A stretch of 64,000 nt of DNA from Clostridiales bacterium. Its GTDB lineage: Bacteria > Bacillota > Clostridia > Oscillospirales > CAG-272. Positions 47,240 through 56,725 of the stretch are shown here, in pieces; the first letter of the stretch is position 1; each line of letters begins with the position of its first letter. The translations under genes were made by a program, and so were the position numbers. The stretch is from contig JAAZAV010000014.1 of the NCBI GenBank assembly GCA_012514145.1, positions 119,265 through 183,264 of the forward strand, given 5' to 3'. Below the pieces are notes generated by a model. It ran no database searches and was not told where the DNA came from. It saw only the letters and a program-made list of their open reading frames with translations.

Positions 47240-47268
47240 TTGTCTGTATCCGGCTAATGTGGTATACT
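47240..47268 (+). promoter_or_regulatory. sigma-A type promoter (extended -10) for the 47312 gene
   Basis: TTGTCT, 17 nt, TGgTATACT. Confidence 0.55.
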
Positions 47269-47311
47269 TTAAGTGGATAAACCTCACCGACATTAATGTG
47301 GAGGCCAGATT

Positions 47312-49570
47312 ATGACAAAAGCTGAAGTTAAAAAACATAACGGTACACCAGCGATCTTCATCGACGGAAAGGTATACCCGCCGATGACCGCTACCATACG
47401 CACTAACTGCCGGGACCATATGAAAATCGACCGCGACTACTACCGCCGTCTCGGTGAATCGGGAATCAAACTCTACTTTCTCATCTGCGACACCGAATGG
47501 CTCAAGCCCGGTGCACTTGCACAGTTCCGTGAGGAGGCTGAGATCTTACTCGAGGAAGTACCCGATGCCTATATCATACTGCGTATAGGACTGCACCCTC
47601 CGGTATCCTGGTGTGAGAGTAATCCCGATGAGCTGGTGCGTTACAGTGACGGCTCGCTGCGTCCGAATCATCTCTATACAGAGTCATACGAGGCGGACTA
47701 TCCTGCCATGTATTCCCTCTGCTCCGACAAGTGGCGCCAGGACGCGGGAAAAGCACTCATGGAAACCTATGACGCCATCAAGGCGCTGCCCTATGCCGAC
47801 AGGATTGTCGGTTACTTCCTGGCAGCCGGCAATACCTCGGAGTGGTACTACCACGACGCCGACCGATCAGACGGCAGTTATCCGGGCTTCAGTCCCGCTT
47901 TCCGCCGCGAGTTTACGCGCTACCTAACAGCAAAATACGGCAGCGACAAGGCGTTGAACGAAGCATGGCGCACCACGGGCGAAACCCTCGATAATCCTAC
48001 TATCCCACCCCAGAACGAGCGCGACTACTTCTGGAAGGTTGAGAATCGAATCTTCAATCCCGGCAGACTTTATTCCACATCGCCGAAACCCGCGATGCCG
48101 AAGCTCAACTGCCACGTGGGCGCATATCTCGATGTTGATAAGAGTCTGCGCACATTGGATTTTCTGCACGCCTGGCACCTCGGCACTGCAAACTCCGTCG
48201 TACACTTCGCATCGCTAATAAAGCAGCGCTCAAAGTATAAACTCACCGGCGCCTTCTACGGCTCCCACAATCACGGCGGCTTCAGCGGAATTGCCTGCGG
48301 AGTACAGCGCATACTTGATTCTGGAGTTGTAGATTTTCTTGCGGCACCCGGCGACTACCGAAATCGCCAGGTCGGCGGTTTCTGCGGTCATCGTGAAGTG
48401 GTCGATGCATTCACGTTGCGGAACTGCATGTACATTATGGAAGAAGACACCCGCACCCACGCCGAGAACACATACTATAACAATTTTGTCGAAATGTACG
48501 ACATGGACGACACTATCAACGTCATGAAGCGGGATTTCGGACGAAATCTCTGCGAGGACATGAACGCCTGGTGGTTTGATCAGCATATCGGCGGTGGGCG
48601 CTATAAGTACGAGGAGATTTATTCGCTGATCTCGCATCAACAGAAAATTGCCGCCAGGTCTTACGAACTCGACCGCCTAAAGCGCAACGAGGTGGCGTTC
48701 ATCTTCGATGAGGAGACACCCCACTGTGTATCAACGCTTGCCCATCGTGAGAGCGTTGAAGATTTTCGCGACTTTGAGATTTCTCGCATCGGACTGTCCG
48801 GAGACCGCTATTATCATGACGACCTGGCGAACCCCGACATGCCCGACTATAAGCTATATGTCTTTGTTGACTGTCACGTATTGACTGCCGATGAGCGTGA
48901 TGCGATACATGCAAAGCTCTCCAAGAACCGTGCCACAGCCGTGTGGATGTGCGCCTCGGGCTTAATAGACCCGGAAGCAACCACACGTCTTGACCCGGCA
49001 CATGTGAGCGAATTGACCGGAATCCCGATGCGGCTGGAGGACACTTATATCTCACCGAAGTTCAAGTTCGTAAAGGACGGTCATCCTGCGTTCGCCGCCC
49101 TTGACACGCATGAAATCTACGGCTTCAGCTACCGACCCATGTTATCGGTAGTCAGTGCAAACTTCTCAAACAGATATTATTACCTATGTCCAGTCGTTGT
49201 GCCCGAGGAATCGCCTGGCGTCACGGTTGCAGCACGCTTCTGCGAGACCGGATGGCCGTCGGTTGCGGTAAAGGATAACGACAGCTTCACCTCTGTTTTC
49301 GTATCGACCCGCTCCTGCCGTGCCGACTTCTTCCGTGAAGCCGCCAGGTATGCCGGATGTCATGTCTTCTGCGACAGCGATGATGTAATCTACGCCTCAC
49401 GCAACTTTGTAACCATTCACGCATCGTCAAGTGGAGAGAAAAAACTGCGCTTCCCTTCAATCTGCTCACCATACGAGGTGTATGAGGAAAGAAAATACGC
49501 AGAAAATACCGACAGCATAACCTTCACTATGTACCGCGGCGAAACGAAGACCTTCGCGATTTTCGAGTAA
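47312..49570 (+). CDS. hypothetical protein, putative GH42-like TIM-barrel glycosidase
   Basis: 752 aa, no signal peptide. FSPAFRREFTRYLTAKYGSDKALNEAWRT resembles the F..WL...YG....LN.AW block of GH42-type enzymes. The assignment is tentative. Confidence 0.7.
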   Translation: MTKAEVKKHNGTPAIFIDGKVYPPMTATIRTNCRDHMKIDRDYYRRLGESGIKLYFLICDTEWLKPGALAQFREEAEILLEEVPDAYIILRIGLHPPVSWCESNPDELVRYSDGSLRPNHLYTESYEADYPAMYSLCSDKWRQDAGKALMETYDAIKALPYADRIVGYFLAAGNTSEWYYHDADRSDGSYPGFSPAFRREFTRYLTAKYGSDKALNEAWRTTGETLDNPTIPPQNERDYFWKVENRIFNPGRLYSTSPKPAMPKLNCHVGAYLDVDKSLRTLDFLHAWHLGTANSVVHFASLIKQRSKYKLTGAFYGSHNHGGFSGIACGVQRILDSGVVDFLAAPGDYRNRQVGGFCGHREVVDAFTLRNCMYIMEEDTRTHAENTYYNNFVEMYDMDDTINVMKRDFGRNLCEDMNAWWFDQHIGGGRYKYEEIYSLISHQQKIAARSYELDRLKRNEVAFIFDEETPHCVSTLAHRESVEDFRDFEISRIGLSGDRYYHDDLANPDMPDYKLYVFVDCHVLTADERDAIHAKLSKNRATAVWMCASGLIDPEATTRLDPAHVSELTGIPMRLEDTYISPKFKFVKDGHPAFAALDTHEIYGFSYRPMLSVVSANFSNRYYYLCPVVVPEESPGVTVAARFCETGWPSVAVKDNDSFTSVFVSTRSCRADFFREAARYAGCHVFCDSDDVIYASRNFVTIHASSSGEKKLRFPSICSPYEVYEERKYAENTDSITFTMYRGETKTFAIFE

Positions 49571-49587
49571 TGTCATAAAATATAAAA

Positions 49588-49615
49588 ACAGGGATGCCCT
49601 AACCGGTATCCCTGT
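49588..49615. terminator. bidirectional hairpin terminator
   Basis: ACAGGGATGCC / GGTATCCCTGT 11-bp stem with a 6-nt loop. Flanked by AAAAA on the left (a U-tract for the minus-strand gene) and TTATCGTT on the right. Confidence 0.7.
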
Positions 49616-49629
49616 TTATCGTTATCGAG

Positions 49630-51750
49630 CTATTCCCCGCGGACTTCAAAGCGCACTACAATGCGGTGCTTTTCTGACGGTGCGGTCTTGTAGTATATAT
49701 GATACTGATTTGGCATGTCTGCGGCAAACTCGGCGGGTACGCCGTCGTTCAGGTCGGTATCGTATTTGTCGCTCAGCTCGGGTAACCCGAGATCGCCTTC
49801 AACAGGGGAAATCGTCAGATGCCTGCCGCCGCGCACCACATGCACCCGCTTTCCTTCGGCTTTGGGTTTTGAGAGAGTATGCAGCGGGTATGTCACTGTT
49901 ACGAGTTTGTCAGCCTCAACCTCGTCGATGACGGTCAGGAGATCCTTCTCAAGCTGCAAAGTGCGCCGCCAGAGAGTCAGCATCGGATATGCACTGCTCA
50001 AATCCAGCACGGCGGTCTTTACCGCGCCGTCGTCGCGGCATTCGACGATCCTGCCCCGCGACTCGATGCTGTTCCATGGCTGACCTTCTCCGTCGATGAG
50101 CAGCGCATTGTGAGCCTTGGTGGTTTTTGTCCATTTGAAATGATGGTTTGTGCCGTAACCCCGGCCGAAGTAGCCGGAGGGTGAAATCAGAGCTTTACCG
50201 TTTGAAAACAGCGCAAAACTGCCCTGATCTGCGTGACGATGGCTATCCGATCCGAACTTTGACGCTCTTGCCATAACCGCCAGATCATCACCCGAACCGT
50301 TCAAAAGGTCGGTGTGCATACTTACAAAGCCGGCATCCGGGAAGCATTGAACATTCTCAGCCTTCCCGGTCAGGGCTGCCTGGGTTGATGCGCGGTCGGG
50401 AATGAATACATCCAACAGGTGCAGCAGGTAGATGTTCTGCTCTGCCGCGTCGTCCGAAAGACGCTTAGCCTCAGGAGGACCGAAGCGGTCTGCGTAAAGC
50501 CGGAAGGGATTCTGGGCAAAGAAACCCGGCCATTCCTTGTCCTCTGGATGGCACCAGTAGCCGTCGCCGAAGGGATGATTCTCATGCGCAGGATTTGCGA
50601 AGTGGAGAAAAAACTGTGTCAGCCGCTGATAGAATGGTCTGTCGAGGAATGCACAGCCGCTGTAGCGCTCAACCGCACAGAAGAAAGGCAGATACCAGCG
50701 GGTGTAGCTGGTAGAATAGAAGGTTCCCTCCGCCCAGCCGCCGTCCGGAGTTCCGAAGTAGGGGAAAATACCGCCGTAAATGTCAAGCGCGTAATCGAGC
50801 CAGTTCAGTGCCTCTTCCCTCGACTGTATGCCGCTGTCTTTGAGGACAAGCGCCGCTTCGCCGAGGTATGCCGCGATGCGCCCCGCGTGTGAATCTCCGG
50901 GGTTGGCGCAGTAGTCAAGTTTCTTGAGACGTATCCAGCACTGCTCTGCATATGTGCGGACGGTATACGCGACATATCTCCGCTCTTTATCATCAAGCAG
51001 CTGCCACAGCAGGTCGTAAACCGAGGGTAAACAGCGCGAACAGCTGAGTCCTATCTCGTCGCCCCAGGGACCCAGCAGCGAACAGGGACCGTGAGGGTTC
51101 CAGTCGCATATGGTAAGCAGCAGCTCCTTGGCGTATGCGCCTGCCATCTCATCTCCGAGTAATGCGTAACCCAATGAGCACGCCACAAGGTCGCGGTCGC
51201 AGTAATCGCGGAATCTGCCGAAGAACTCACGATAGGGCAGCGCAGCCGGGTCGCGATGATACATGGGGCGCTCGGGCATGCCGTTTGCGTATGCCGTGTC
51301 GATATTCCGGCGCAGTACGGCAAGCTCTGTCTGCCTGGCGCGGAGGATTTCAGGAATATCACTCGTCGAGAATAGGTGACGAGGATGCTCTGCCGGTATG
51401 CTGTCGTAAAGCTCTTCAGCGGTGACCCGTTTGATTTTTACCGCGTAATCGGCTATGGTGAAGTTCCAGAGTCCCCTTCTCCGACCGTCTGCAAATATGT
51501 CCCAGGTATAATCACCGGACTCAAGGGGAATATCGGGGACTATGTAGTTTTTCTGCGTCTCACCGCTCCACAGCTCGCTGCCGCCGCGGTACAATACGAC
51601 CTTATATGTCACACTGCCGCCGACAGGCAGCCAGGACAGACAGGGCGGGTTTTCCTCCACAACGCGTCCGTCCTCCGGGAAGGGGAAAAGCTGTCTCGGA
51701 TTTGTCCGCGTCTGACTGAAATATTCGGGATTGCTCATCTTTATTTCCAT
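49630..51750 (-). CDS. heparinase II/III-like polysaccharide lyase family protein (DUF4962 N-terminus)
   Basis: C-terminal block DSHRHADQGSFALFSNGKALISPSGYFG ... HNALLIDGEGQ typical of Hepar_II_III. N-terminal PPCLSWLPVGGSVTYKVVLY. GGAGG 5 nt before the ATG. No signal peptide. Confidence 0.8.
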   Translation of the reverse strand: MEIKMSNPEYFSQTRTNPRQLFPFPEDGRVVEENPPCLSWLPVGGSVTYKVVLYRGGSELWSGETQKNYIVPDIPLESGDYTWDIFADGRRRGLWNFTIADYAVKIKRVTAEELYDSIPAEHPRHLFSTSDIPEILRARQTELAVLRRNIDTAYANGMPERPMYHRDPAALPYREFFGRFRDYCDRDLVACSLGYALLGDEMAGAYAKELLLTICDWNPHGPCSLLGPWGDEIGLSCSRCLPSVYDLLWQLLDDKERRYVAYTVRTYAEQCWIRLKKLDYCANPGDSHAGRIAAYLGEAALVLKDSGIQSREEALNWLDYALDIYGGIFPYFGTPDGGWAEGTFYSTSYTRWYLPFFCAVERYSGCAFLDRPFYQRLTQFFLHFANPAHENHPFGDGYWCHPEDKEWPGFFAQNPFRLYADRFGPPEAKRLSDDAAEQNIYLLHLLDVFIPDRASTQAALTGKAENVQCFPDAGFVSMHTDLLNGSGDDLAVMARASKFGSDSHRHADQGSFALFSNGKALISPSGYFGRGYGTNHHFKWTKTTKAHNALLIDGEGQPWNSIESRGRIVECRDDGAVKTAVLDLSSAYPMLTLWRRTLQLEKDLLTVIDEVEADKLVTVTYPLHTLSKPKAEGKRVHVVRGGRHLTISPVEGDLGLPELSDKYDTDLNDGVPAEFAADMPNQYHIYYKTAPSEKHRIVVRFEVRGE

Positions 51751-51770
51751 TTGCGCCTCCCCCGCGCCAT

Positions 51771-52331
51771 TTATTCGGTATCGCTCTTATCGCGGTTGTA
51801 CCAGTGATATTTACCGGTCACCGGATCTATATGTCCCACCTGACGCGCCGGAACGCCTGCCATAATGGCATAGTCTGGTGTGGATTTGGTCACCACCGCG
51901 CCGGCACAGCAGAGATTTGCCCTTCCGAGCTTTACGCCGCCGGTAATGGTAACACCGCTGGCAAGCCAGGAACCGTCGCCTATCACAATCGAATCGTCGC
52001 CGTCACGTTCGGTACGAGCCGAGAACCAGCCGGTGGCAGGATCGAATTTGTGGTTGCCTGCGGAAATCGAACAGTGCGGGCCTATAAGCACGTTGCTGCC
52101 CACTTTAACATTGCCGTTTATATATACATAAAGACCTACGAAAATATTGCTGCCGAAGTTGTCCTTTGGCGTGCGGATAATTGCGCCCGGAGCTACAAGT
52201 ATCTTTTTTTCAGCCGGAAAGCCGAGTACTATTGCACGGCGTGTGTCGTCGGGTCCGTTGTCGGAATTGTTGCAGTATTCTGTCAGCTGACGGAACATCT
52301 CGTCGCTCATATCAATTTGCATGTCAATCAC
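51771..52331 (-). CDS. hexapeptide-repeat (LbH) sugar O-acetyltransferase family protein
   Basis: Left-handed beta-helix repeats (IGPHCSISAGNH, IGDGSWLASGVTITGGVKLG) and MAGVPARQV near the C-terminus. Confidence 0.8.
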   Translation of the reverse strand: MIDMQIDMSDEMFRQLTEYCNNSDNGPDDTRRAIVLGFPAEKKILVAPGAIIRTPKDNFGSNIFVGLYVYINGNVKVGSNVLIGPHCSISAGNHKFDPATGWFSARTERDGDDSIVIGDGSWLASGVTITGGVKLGRANLCCAGAVVTKSTPDYAIMAGVPARQVGHIDPVTGKYHWYNRDKSDTE

Positions 52332-52360
52332 CTAAATTATATTTAATAATATATACTAAA

Positions 52361-53404
52361 TCAGCGCCCCGCCAGATATTCTTTCACAAACTCATCATCG
52401 GTGAGGTGCGGATACATGGCACACACCCGATCAAGTTCCTCGCTTTGACCGGGGGAAAGGGTCTCTTGAGGGTCGAGACACCAGATTCCCTTCATCAGTC
52501 CCTGACGGCGCAGAACCTCGTGAATTCCGGCTATACAGCCGGCATAATTATTTGCAGCGTCAAACACGGCGCCGTTTGAATCGGTTATCTCCGCGGCAAG
52601 GGTCAATAGCCCGGGGTCAGCCGGACGGCTGCGCAGCGTCTCAAAGAGTTCAACCACCCGCTTAGTCCAGACACTCCAGTGTCCGAGCAACCCACCCTTG
52701 AAGCGAGCGGTATATGTCCTGCCGTCTGAGGTAAATGAGAACTCGGTCAAAAGGTCTATGACAATATTATCATCGTTGCCCGTGTAGAGCGTAATTTCAT
52801 CCGCTCTTGATGAGAGAGCGCAGGCTCTCACCACGTCAAGCGTGAGGTAGCGATTGAAGGGAGCGCACTTTATAGCGACAACACCCGGTATCTCGCAGAG
52901 CTTTTCCCAGTATTCGCGGGAGAAAACCCGTCCGCCAACCGCAGGCTGCAGGTAAAAACCGATAACCGGCAGCACTTCACCTATGGCTATGGTGCGCTCT
53001 AAAATCTCAGCCTCGCTTAGTTCCGACAGACCGCCCGGACTGGCAAGCAGCGCATCGTAATCGTAACTCCTGGCGATCTCCGCTTCCCGCACAGCCTGAT
53101 TTGTTCTGCCGCAGACACCAGAAACCTTGACAATCGTTTTTCCGCTCTTTGCTTCAAAATCGGCTATCTCCTCAGACACTGCGGAAAGCACCGGTTCAAA
53201 CATGGCGTGTTCCGGATTGCGGATGGCAAATTGCGTGCTGTGCACTGCGGTGGCGATTCCTCCCGCACCGGCGGCAAGATAATAGCCGGTCAGCAGCTTC
53301 TGCTGTTCGGGGTCGAACCTGCGATTCTCATCTATTGCCAGCGGAGTTGCGGGAATTACCGTGCCTTCAGATAAGATTTTAAGCGCTTTTTTGTGTCTGT
53401 CCAT
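52361..53404 (-). CDS. dihydrodipicolinate synthase/N-acetylneuraminate lyase (DapA/NAL) superfamily class I aldolase-like protein
   Basis: TIM-barrel pattern with a candidate Schiff-base Lys in VVAIKCAPF. ATG at 53404 (TTG alternative at 53410) overlaps or abuts the upstream stop. Confidence 0.68.
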   Translation of the reverse strand: MDRHKKALKILSEGTVIPATPLAIDENRRFDPEQQKLLTGYYLAAGAGGIATAVHSTQFAIRNPEHAMFEPVLSAVSEEIADFEAKSGKTIVKVSGVCGRTNQAVREAEIARSYDYDALLASPGGLSELSEAEILERTIAIGEVLPVIGFYLQPAVGGRVFSREYWEKLCEIPGVVAIKCAPFNRYLTLDVVRACALSSRADEITLYTGNDDNIVIDLLTEFSFTSDGRTYTARFKGGLLGHWSVWTKRVVELFETLRSRPADPGLLTLAAEITDSNGAVFDAANNYAGCIAGIHEVLRRQGLMKGIWCLDPQETLSPGQSEELDRVCAMYPHLTDDEFVKEYLAGR

Positions 53405-53406
53405 AA

Positions 53407-54429
53407 TCAATAGCTGCCCTTTCTCTCTTCAAAATGTGTCGGCTTGCCAAGCTGGCGTCCACCGTCCAGCAGCCATTCCGCCTGCCAGCGGATAAGAGTG
53501 CGAATTCCGTATGCCGGATAGCCCATCAGATCAACCGCCTCGGAGGAATCGCTGAGGTAGGCATCGTTTCCCGGAGTTCCCTCGAAAACCGGCTTGCGGC
53601 CGAGGTATTCACCCAGCAATGTCGCCGCCCGGGCAATGGAAACCGTTTCGGGGCCGGTGACATTCAATATCTTCGCCGGACTTTCGGCATATAGCAGCGA
53701 ACGTATGGCAAACTCGTTGGCGCTTCCCTGCCAGATGCAGTTGAGACAAGGGGTTGAAAGGTCTATCGGCTCGCCCGCAAGAATCTTGTTTGCCATGTCG
53801 CAGAGTACGCCGTAGCGCAGGTCGACTGCGAAATTCAACCGGAAAATCAGAACTTTTGTACCCCATTTCTCAGCGGCGTAGCGAAACGCCCTCTCGCGGG
53901 CAAGACAGCTCATTGTATATTCACCTATGGGACCGATGGGGTCTCTTTCGGACGACCCGCCGGAGGAAAGCGGTACAATAGGATAAATATTACCCGATGA
54001 GAACACGGTAAACCGCGAACCGCTGAACTGCTCGGCGACAAAGGTCGGCAGCGATGAATTCATTGCCCAGGTCAGATTCTCGCCGCCCGCTGTGCCGAAC
54101 TTGCGTCCCGCCATGAATATTATATTTTCAACCTGCGGCAGCTTTGAACGCTGTGCCGAATCCAGAAGGTCGCAGGATATTGTTTCCACACCGCTGTCAT
54201 TTAACAGCGCTGAAGCAAGCGGATCGGTAAACCGTGATACGGCTATTACCCGCTGTTTGTCTCCGATGCCCGCCGCTTCTATTGCTTTTTTTACAAGTAT
54301 GCTGAGGGTGGGCCCCATTTTGCCGCCGGCACCCATCACCATAATGTCACCTTTGATCCGTTTCATATCTTCAATCAGCGCCGGTGACGGATTTGTCAGC
54401 ATTGCATCAAGCTTTTCTTCGTTCCACAT
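53407..54429 (-). CDS. NAD(P)-dependent epimerase/dehydratase-type (extended SDR) oxidoreductase
   Basis: Rossmann IMVMGAGGKMGPTL. Start set to the ATG at 54429 (GGAGAA upstream); the 89-codon extension in the track is Cys/Arg/Thr-rich and not protein-like. Confidence 0.75.
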   Translation of the reverse strand: MWNEEKLDAMLTNPSPALIEDMKRIKGDIMVMGAGGKMGPTLSILVKKAIEAAGIGDKQRVIAVSRFTDPLASALLNDSGVETISCDLLDSAQRSKLPQVENIIFMAGRKFGTAGGENLTWAMNSSLPTFVAEQFSGSRFTVFSSGNIYPIVPLSSGGSSERDPIGPIGEYTMSCLARERAFRYAAEKWGTKVLIFRLNFAVDLRYGVLCDMANKILAGEPIDLSTPCLNCIWQGSANEFAIRSLLYAESPAKILNVTGPETVSIARAATLLGEYLGRKPVFEGTPGNDAYLSDSSEAVDLMGYPAYGIRTLIRWQAEWLLDGGRQLGKPTHFEERKGSY

Positions 54430-54481
54430 AATATTCTCCGTTTCCCGGAACCGACCGTCCCCGGTTCGGTTCCGAATAATG

Positions 54482-55324
54482 TCATCTGCTTCTGTATGTG
54501 TATTCGTCACGTATATGCTCTCCCGTATATGTGTCTCTTGCCGGAATATACTGCCTCGGTATGAAATAATATGACTCAAAACTGCCGTCAGGATGCAGCA
54601 AAAGCTCGCGCCAGCCCCGGTAGGCGGTGGCGTAATCGGTATCGTCGCAGCTGTAGCTGAAATGTCCCGTCCGCAGAATCGGCAGCCTGCCGGCATCCTC
54701 AGGAGTAAATGACACGTTTGTCAGGTGGTCGTGACCCATGAATAGCGCTTTTATACGCTGCTCCTCAGCGAGCAGCGCTTTGAACTCTGCCGATTCGAGG
54801 GCAAAGTCAAAGTAATGCGCACAGAGGAACACCAGCAGCTCAGGCTTGTCAGCCATCGCACGACGGATATATGCTACATCAACCGGAACATAGGTGCCGT
54901 CGCTGTTCTCCGATGGGTCAAGATCTCCCGAAAAACTGTCAAGCAGGATGAACAGCGCTCCTCCCGCTGTGACACATTGCTGTCTTTCGCCGCCGGTGAT
55001 TCGCCGCCAATCATTGTGACCGTATTGCTCATGATTGCCGGGGATGATATAAGACGGCTGGGGGAGCGACGGCATATATCTTTCGACAAATTCCGCAGTA
55101 CGGCTTACCTTCGGTTCCCAGAGATATGAGCCGCCCTGATGCCAGCCCCAGAAATCGAGAGACACATCACCCAGAACCAGGGAAAGCGCGTAATCATTCT
55201 TTCCCTTCGCCGCCGTCACGGCTTTCATGAGGTCTTCAAGCTGCTCCTCGTTGGTCGTGCCGTACCATGACTGATGACAGACGTGAATGTCGGAAAGCAG
55301 CATTATTCGTGTGGTTTCATACAT
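54482..55324 (-). CDS. metallophosphoesterase (calcineurin-like) family protein
   Basis: LSDIHVCH, GDVSLDF, GNHEQYG and GHDH motif series. Confidence 0.8.
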   Translation of the reverse strand: MYETTRIMLLSDIHVCHQSWYGTTNEEQLEDLMKAVTAAKGKNDYALSLVLGDVSLDFWGWHQGGSYLWEPKVSRTAEFVERYMPSLPQPSYIIPGNHEQYGHNDWRRITGGERQQCVTAGGALFILLDSFSGDLDPSENSDGTYVPVDVAYIRRAMADKPELLVFLCAHYFDFALESAEFKALLAEEQRIKALFMGHDHLTNVSFTPEDAGRLPILRTGHFSYSCDDTDYATAYRGWRELLLHPDGSFESYYFIPRQYIPARDTYTGEHIRDEYTYRSR

Positions 55325-55395
55325 TGTGTTTACCTGTGTGTTGTTTGTTCAATTTGGATTTTAGCTGAATCAATATCGTATCACTCGTTTTATAG

Positions 55396-56424
55396 CTACT
55401 CTTTTCTCCAGGCGCATTCAAAAAGCGCCTCAAACAGACAGTAATGGTGCAGCAGAATCTCCTCAGCCGTGAAGGCGTTCTTATCGATCAGCCCCTCATT
55501 TGACTCATATGTCGAGGACACCGCGCCGCAAACATGGTGGATTGCCGATGTCAGGTTGAAGGAGGGCGGCGGGTTGCCTATATGCTCGTTTACCGGAATA
55601 ATATGAGATTTCAGTCCGAGCGAGGTCTGTTTTTTCGCCACTGCAGCGGCAAGGCGGTGAACGCCCTCCTTTGCCGCAAGGGTGACATAGTCGGGCTGGA
55701 GCAGCACATTCGTTGAGTTTGAGCCGCCGTGCAATCCTATGGCACATTCTGGAGCCTCTGAATCGCAAAGGGTCAGCAGCGCCCGGGTCTCCTCCGCCAT
55801 TGGAGCGAAGAAATTGTCGTGCATCAGGTTGATGCCATTGTCGTTGTAGTAGGCGCCGAGAAATCCGGCTGCATCCTTTATGGGGTGAACCGCTTTACAC
55901 TCGGGCCAGCCGCAGAGACTGCCGTCCTTCCAGGTGCCCTGACCGTGATAGCGCAAACTTCCCGGCAGTTCGTCAATCATGGAGTCGGGTACGCAGCGTC
56001 CGCGGCCGTCGGCATTGTATACCGGAATGATAATCAGCCGCATGGGCGAAGTGTCAAATGCCTGTGTAATTGACGGCACCTCAAGTCCCCGCAGATCCCG
56101 CCCGGTTTCCAAGAGCGAAATTAAGTTGAGCAGTCCCGCCACCCCCTCGGTCTCCTGACCGTGGGTCGCACCGATCAGCAGCACCGTCGGAGCCTTTCCC
56201 GCCCGGTCGGCATAAAATACCGTATTACGGGCACCGCATGCCGAGGAGTAGTTTGCCCGGCGGCGATAGTCGGGTTTATTTCCGTAGACTATATAGCGCA
56301 CTTCATGACCGCCAGGTGTGGTGCAAAGGGTATGTACCTTGCCCTTTTTTGCGGAATTCAGGGCGGCATCGACATCGGCGAGTGTGGTCCGCCAGAAGGG
56401 ATATTTCTCGAATGTGTTTATCAT
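55396..56424 (-). CDS. M14-like zinc carboxypeptidase/deacylase family protein
   Basis: LIGATHGQETEG (HxxE), IIPVYNADGR and IGLHGGSN resemble the M14 zinc-ligand blocks. Start set to the ATG at 56424; the upstream extension is not protein-like. Weak ribosome-binding site. Confidence 0.62.
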   Translation of the reverse strand: MINTFEKYPFWRTTLADVDAALNSAKKGKVHTLCTTPGGHEVRYIVYGNKPDYRRRANYSSACGARNTVFYADRAGKAPTVLLIGATHGQETEGVAGLLNLISLLETGRDLRGLEVPSITQAFDTSPMRLIIIPVYNADGRGRCVPDSMIDELPGSLRYHGQGTWKDGSLCGWPECKAVHPIKDAAGFLGAYYNDNGINLMHDNFFAPMAEETRALLTLCDSEAPECAIGLHGGSNSTNVLLQPDYVTLAAKEGVHRLAAAVAKKQTSLGLKSHIIPVNEHIGNPPPSFNLTSAIHHVCGAVSSTYESNEGLIDKNAFTAEEILLHHYCLFEALFECAWRKE

Positions 56425-56502
56425 GAAAATAATACCATACTGGAATTTACTATTTCGGTGGGAATTACATACAAATGGTAAAACCGTCTGACTGTATGGA
56501 TC

Positions 56503-56551
56503 GTTAAAACGAACAAATCGAGGGCGGGCAGCTCCGCGAAGCCGTCCGCCC
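56503..56551 (-). terminator. GC-rich hairpin plus U-rich tail in the SBP/M14 intergenic region (terminator or attenuator)
   Basis: Minus-strand RNA GGGCGGACGGCU-UCGCGG-AGCUGCCCGCCC (11 bp, one mismatch) followed by UCGAUUUGUUCGUUUU. Confidence 0.45.
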
Positions 56552-56564
56552 CATGCCCGAGACA

Positions 56565-56593
56565 ATTGTAACATATATCTTCCCGCAGCGCAA
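56565..56593 (-). promoter_or_regulatory. candidate internal sigma-A promoter (extended -10)
   Basis: Minus strand reads TTGCGC, 17 nt, TGtTACAAT, immediately upstream of the 56503-56551 hairpin. Confidence 0.45.
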
Positions 56594-56725
56594 GATACAG
56601 ATTTGTTTTTATCTCCGATGAGGTTTTGATATCCCACGGACTTTTTGACCTGATAATTTCCGTCTATGTATACCGATTAACGGACATTAGTGTTAAGTTA
56701 CTGTTCCTATTTGTGAATATATCGG

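Noticed and set aside
46769-47257. 162-aa ORF taken as an intact gene.
   Set aside because: Only residues ~18-56 resemble an IS110 transposase tail. The remainder is low-complexity AT-rich translation, so it is treated as a truncated remnant.
53407-54696. N-terminal extensions in the ORF track for the SDR (to 54696), the M14-like gene (to 56637), nagB (from 25250), the dehydrogenase (to 41883), paralog B (to 46693) and GH127 (to 14314).
   Set aside because: The extensions are compositionally non-protein-like or overlap the upstream gene or the ribosome-binding site. Internal ATGs with Shine-Dalgarno sequences give proteins of normal family length.
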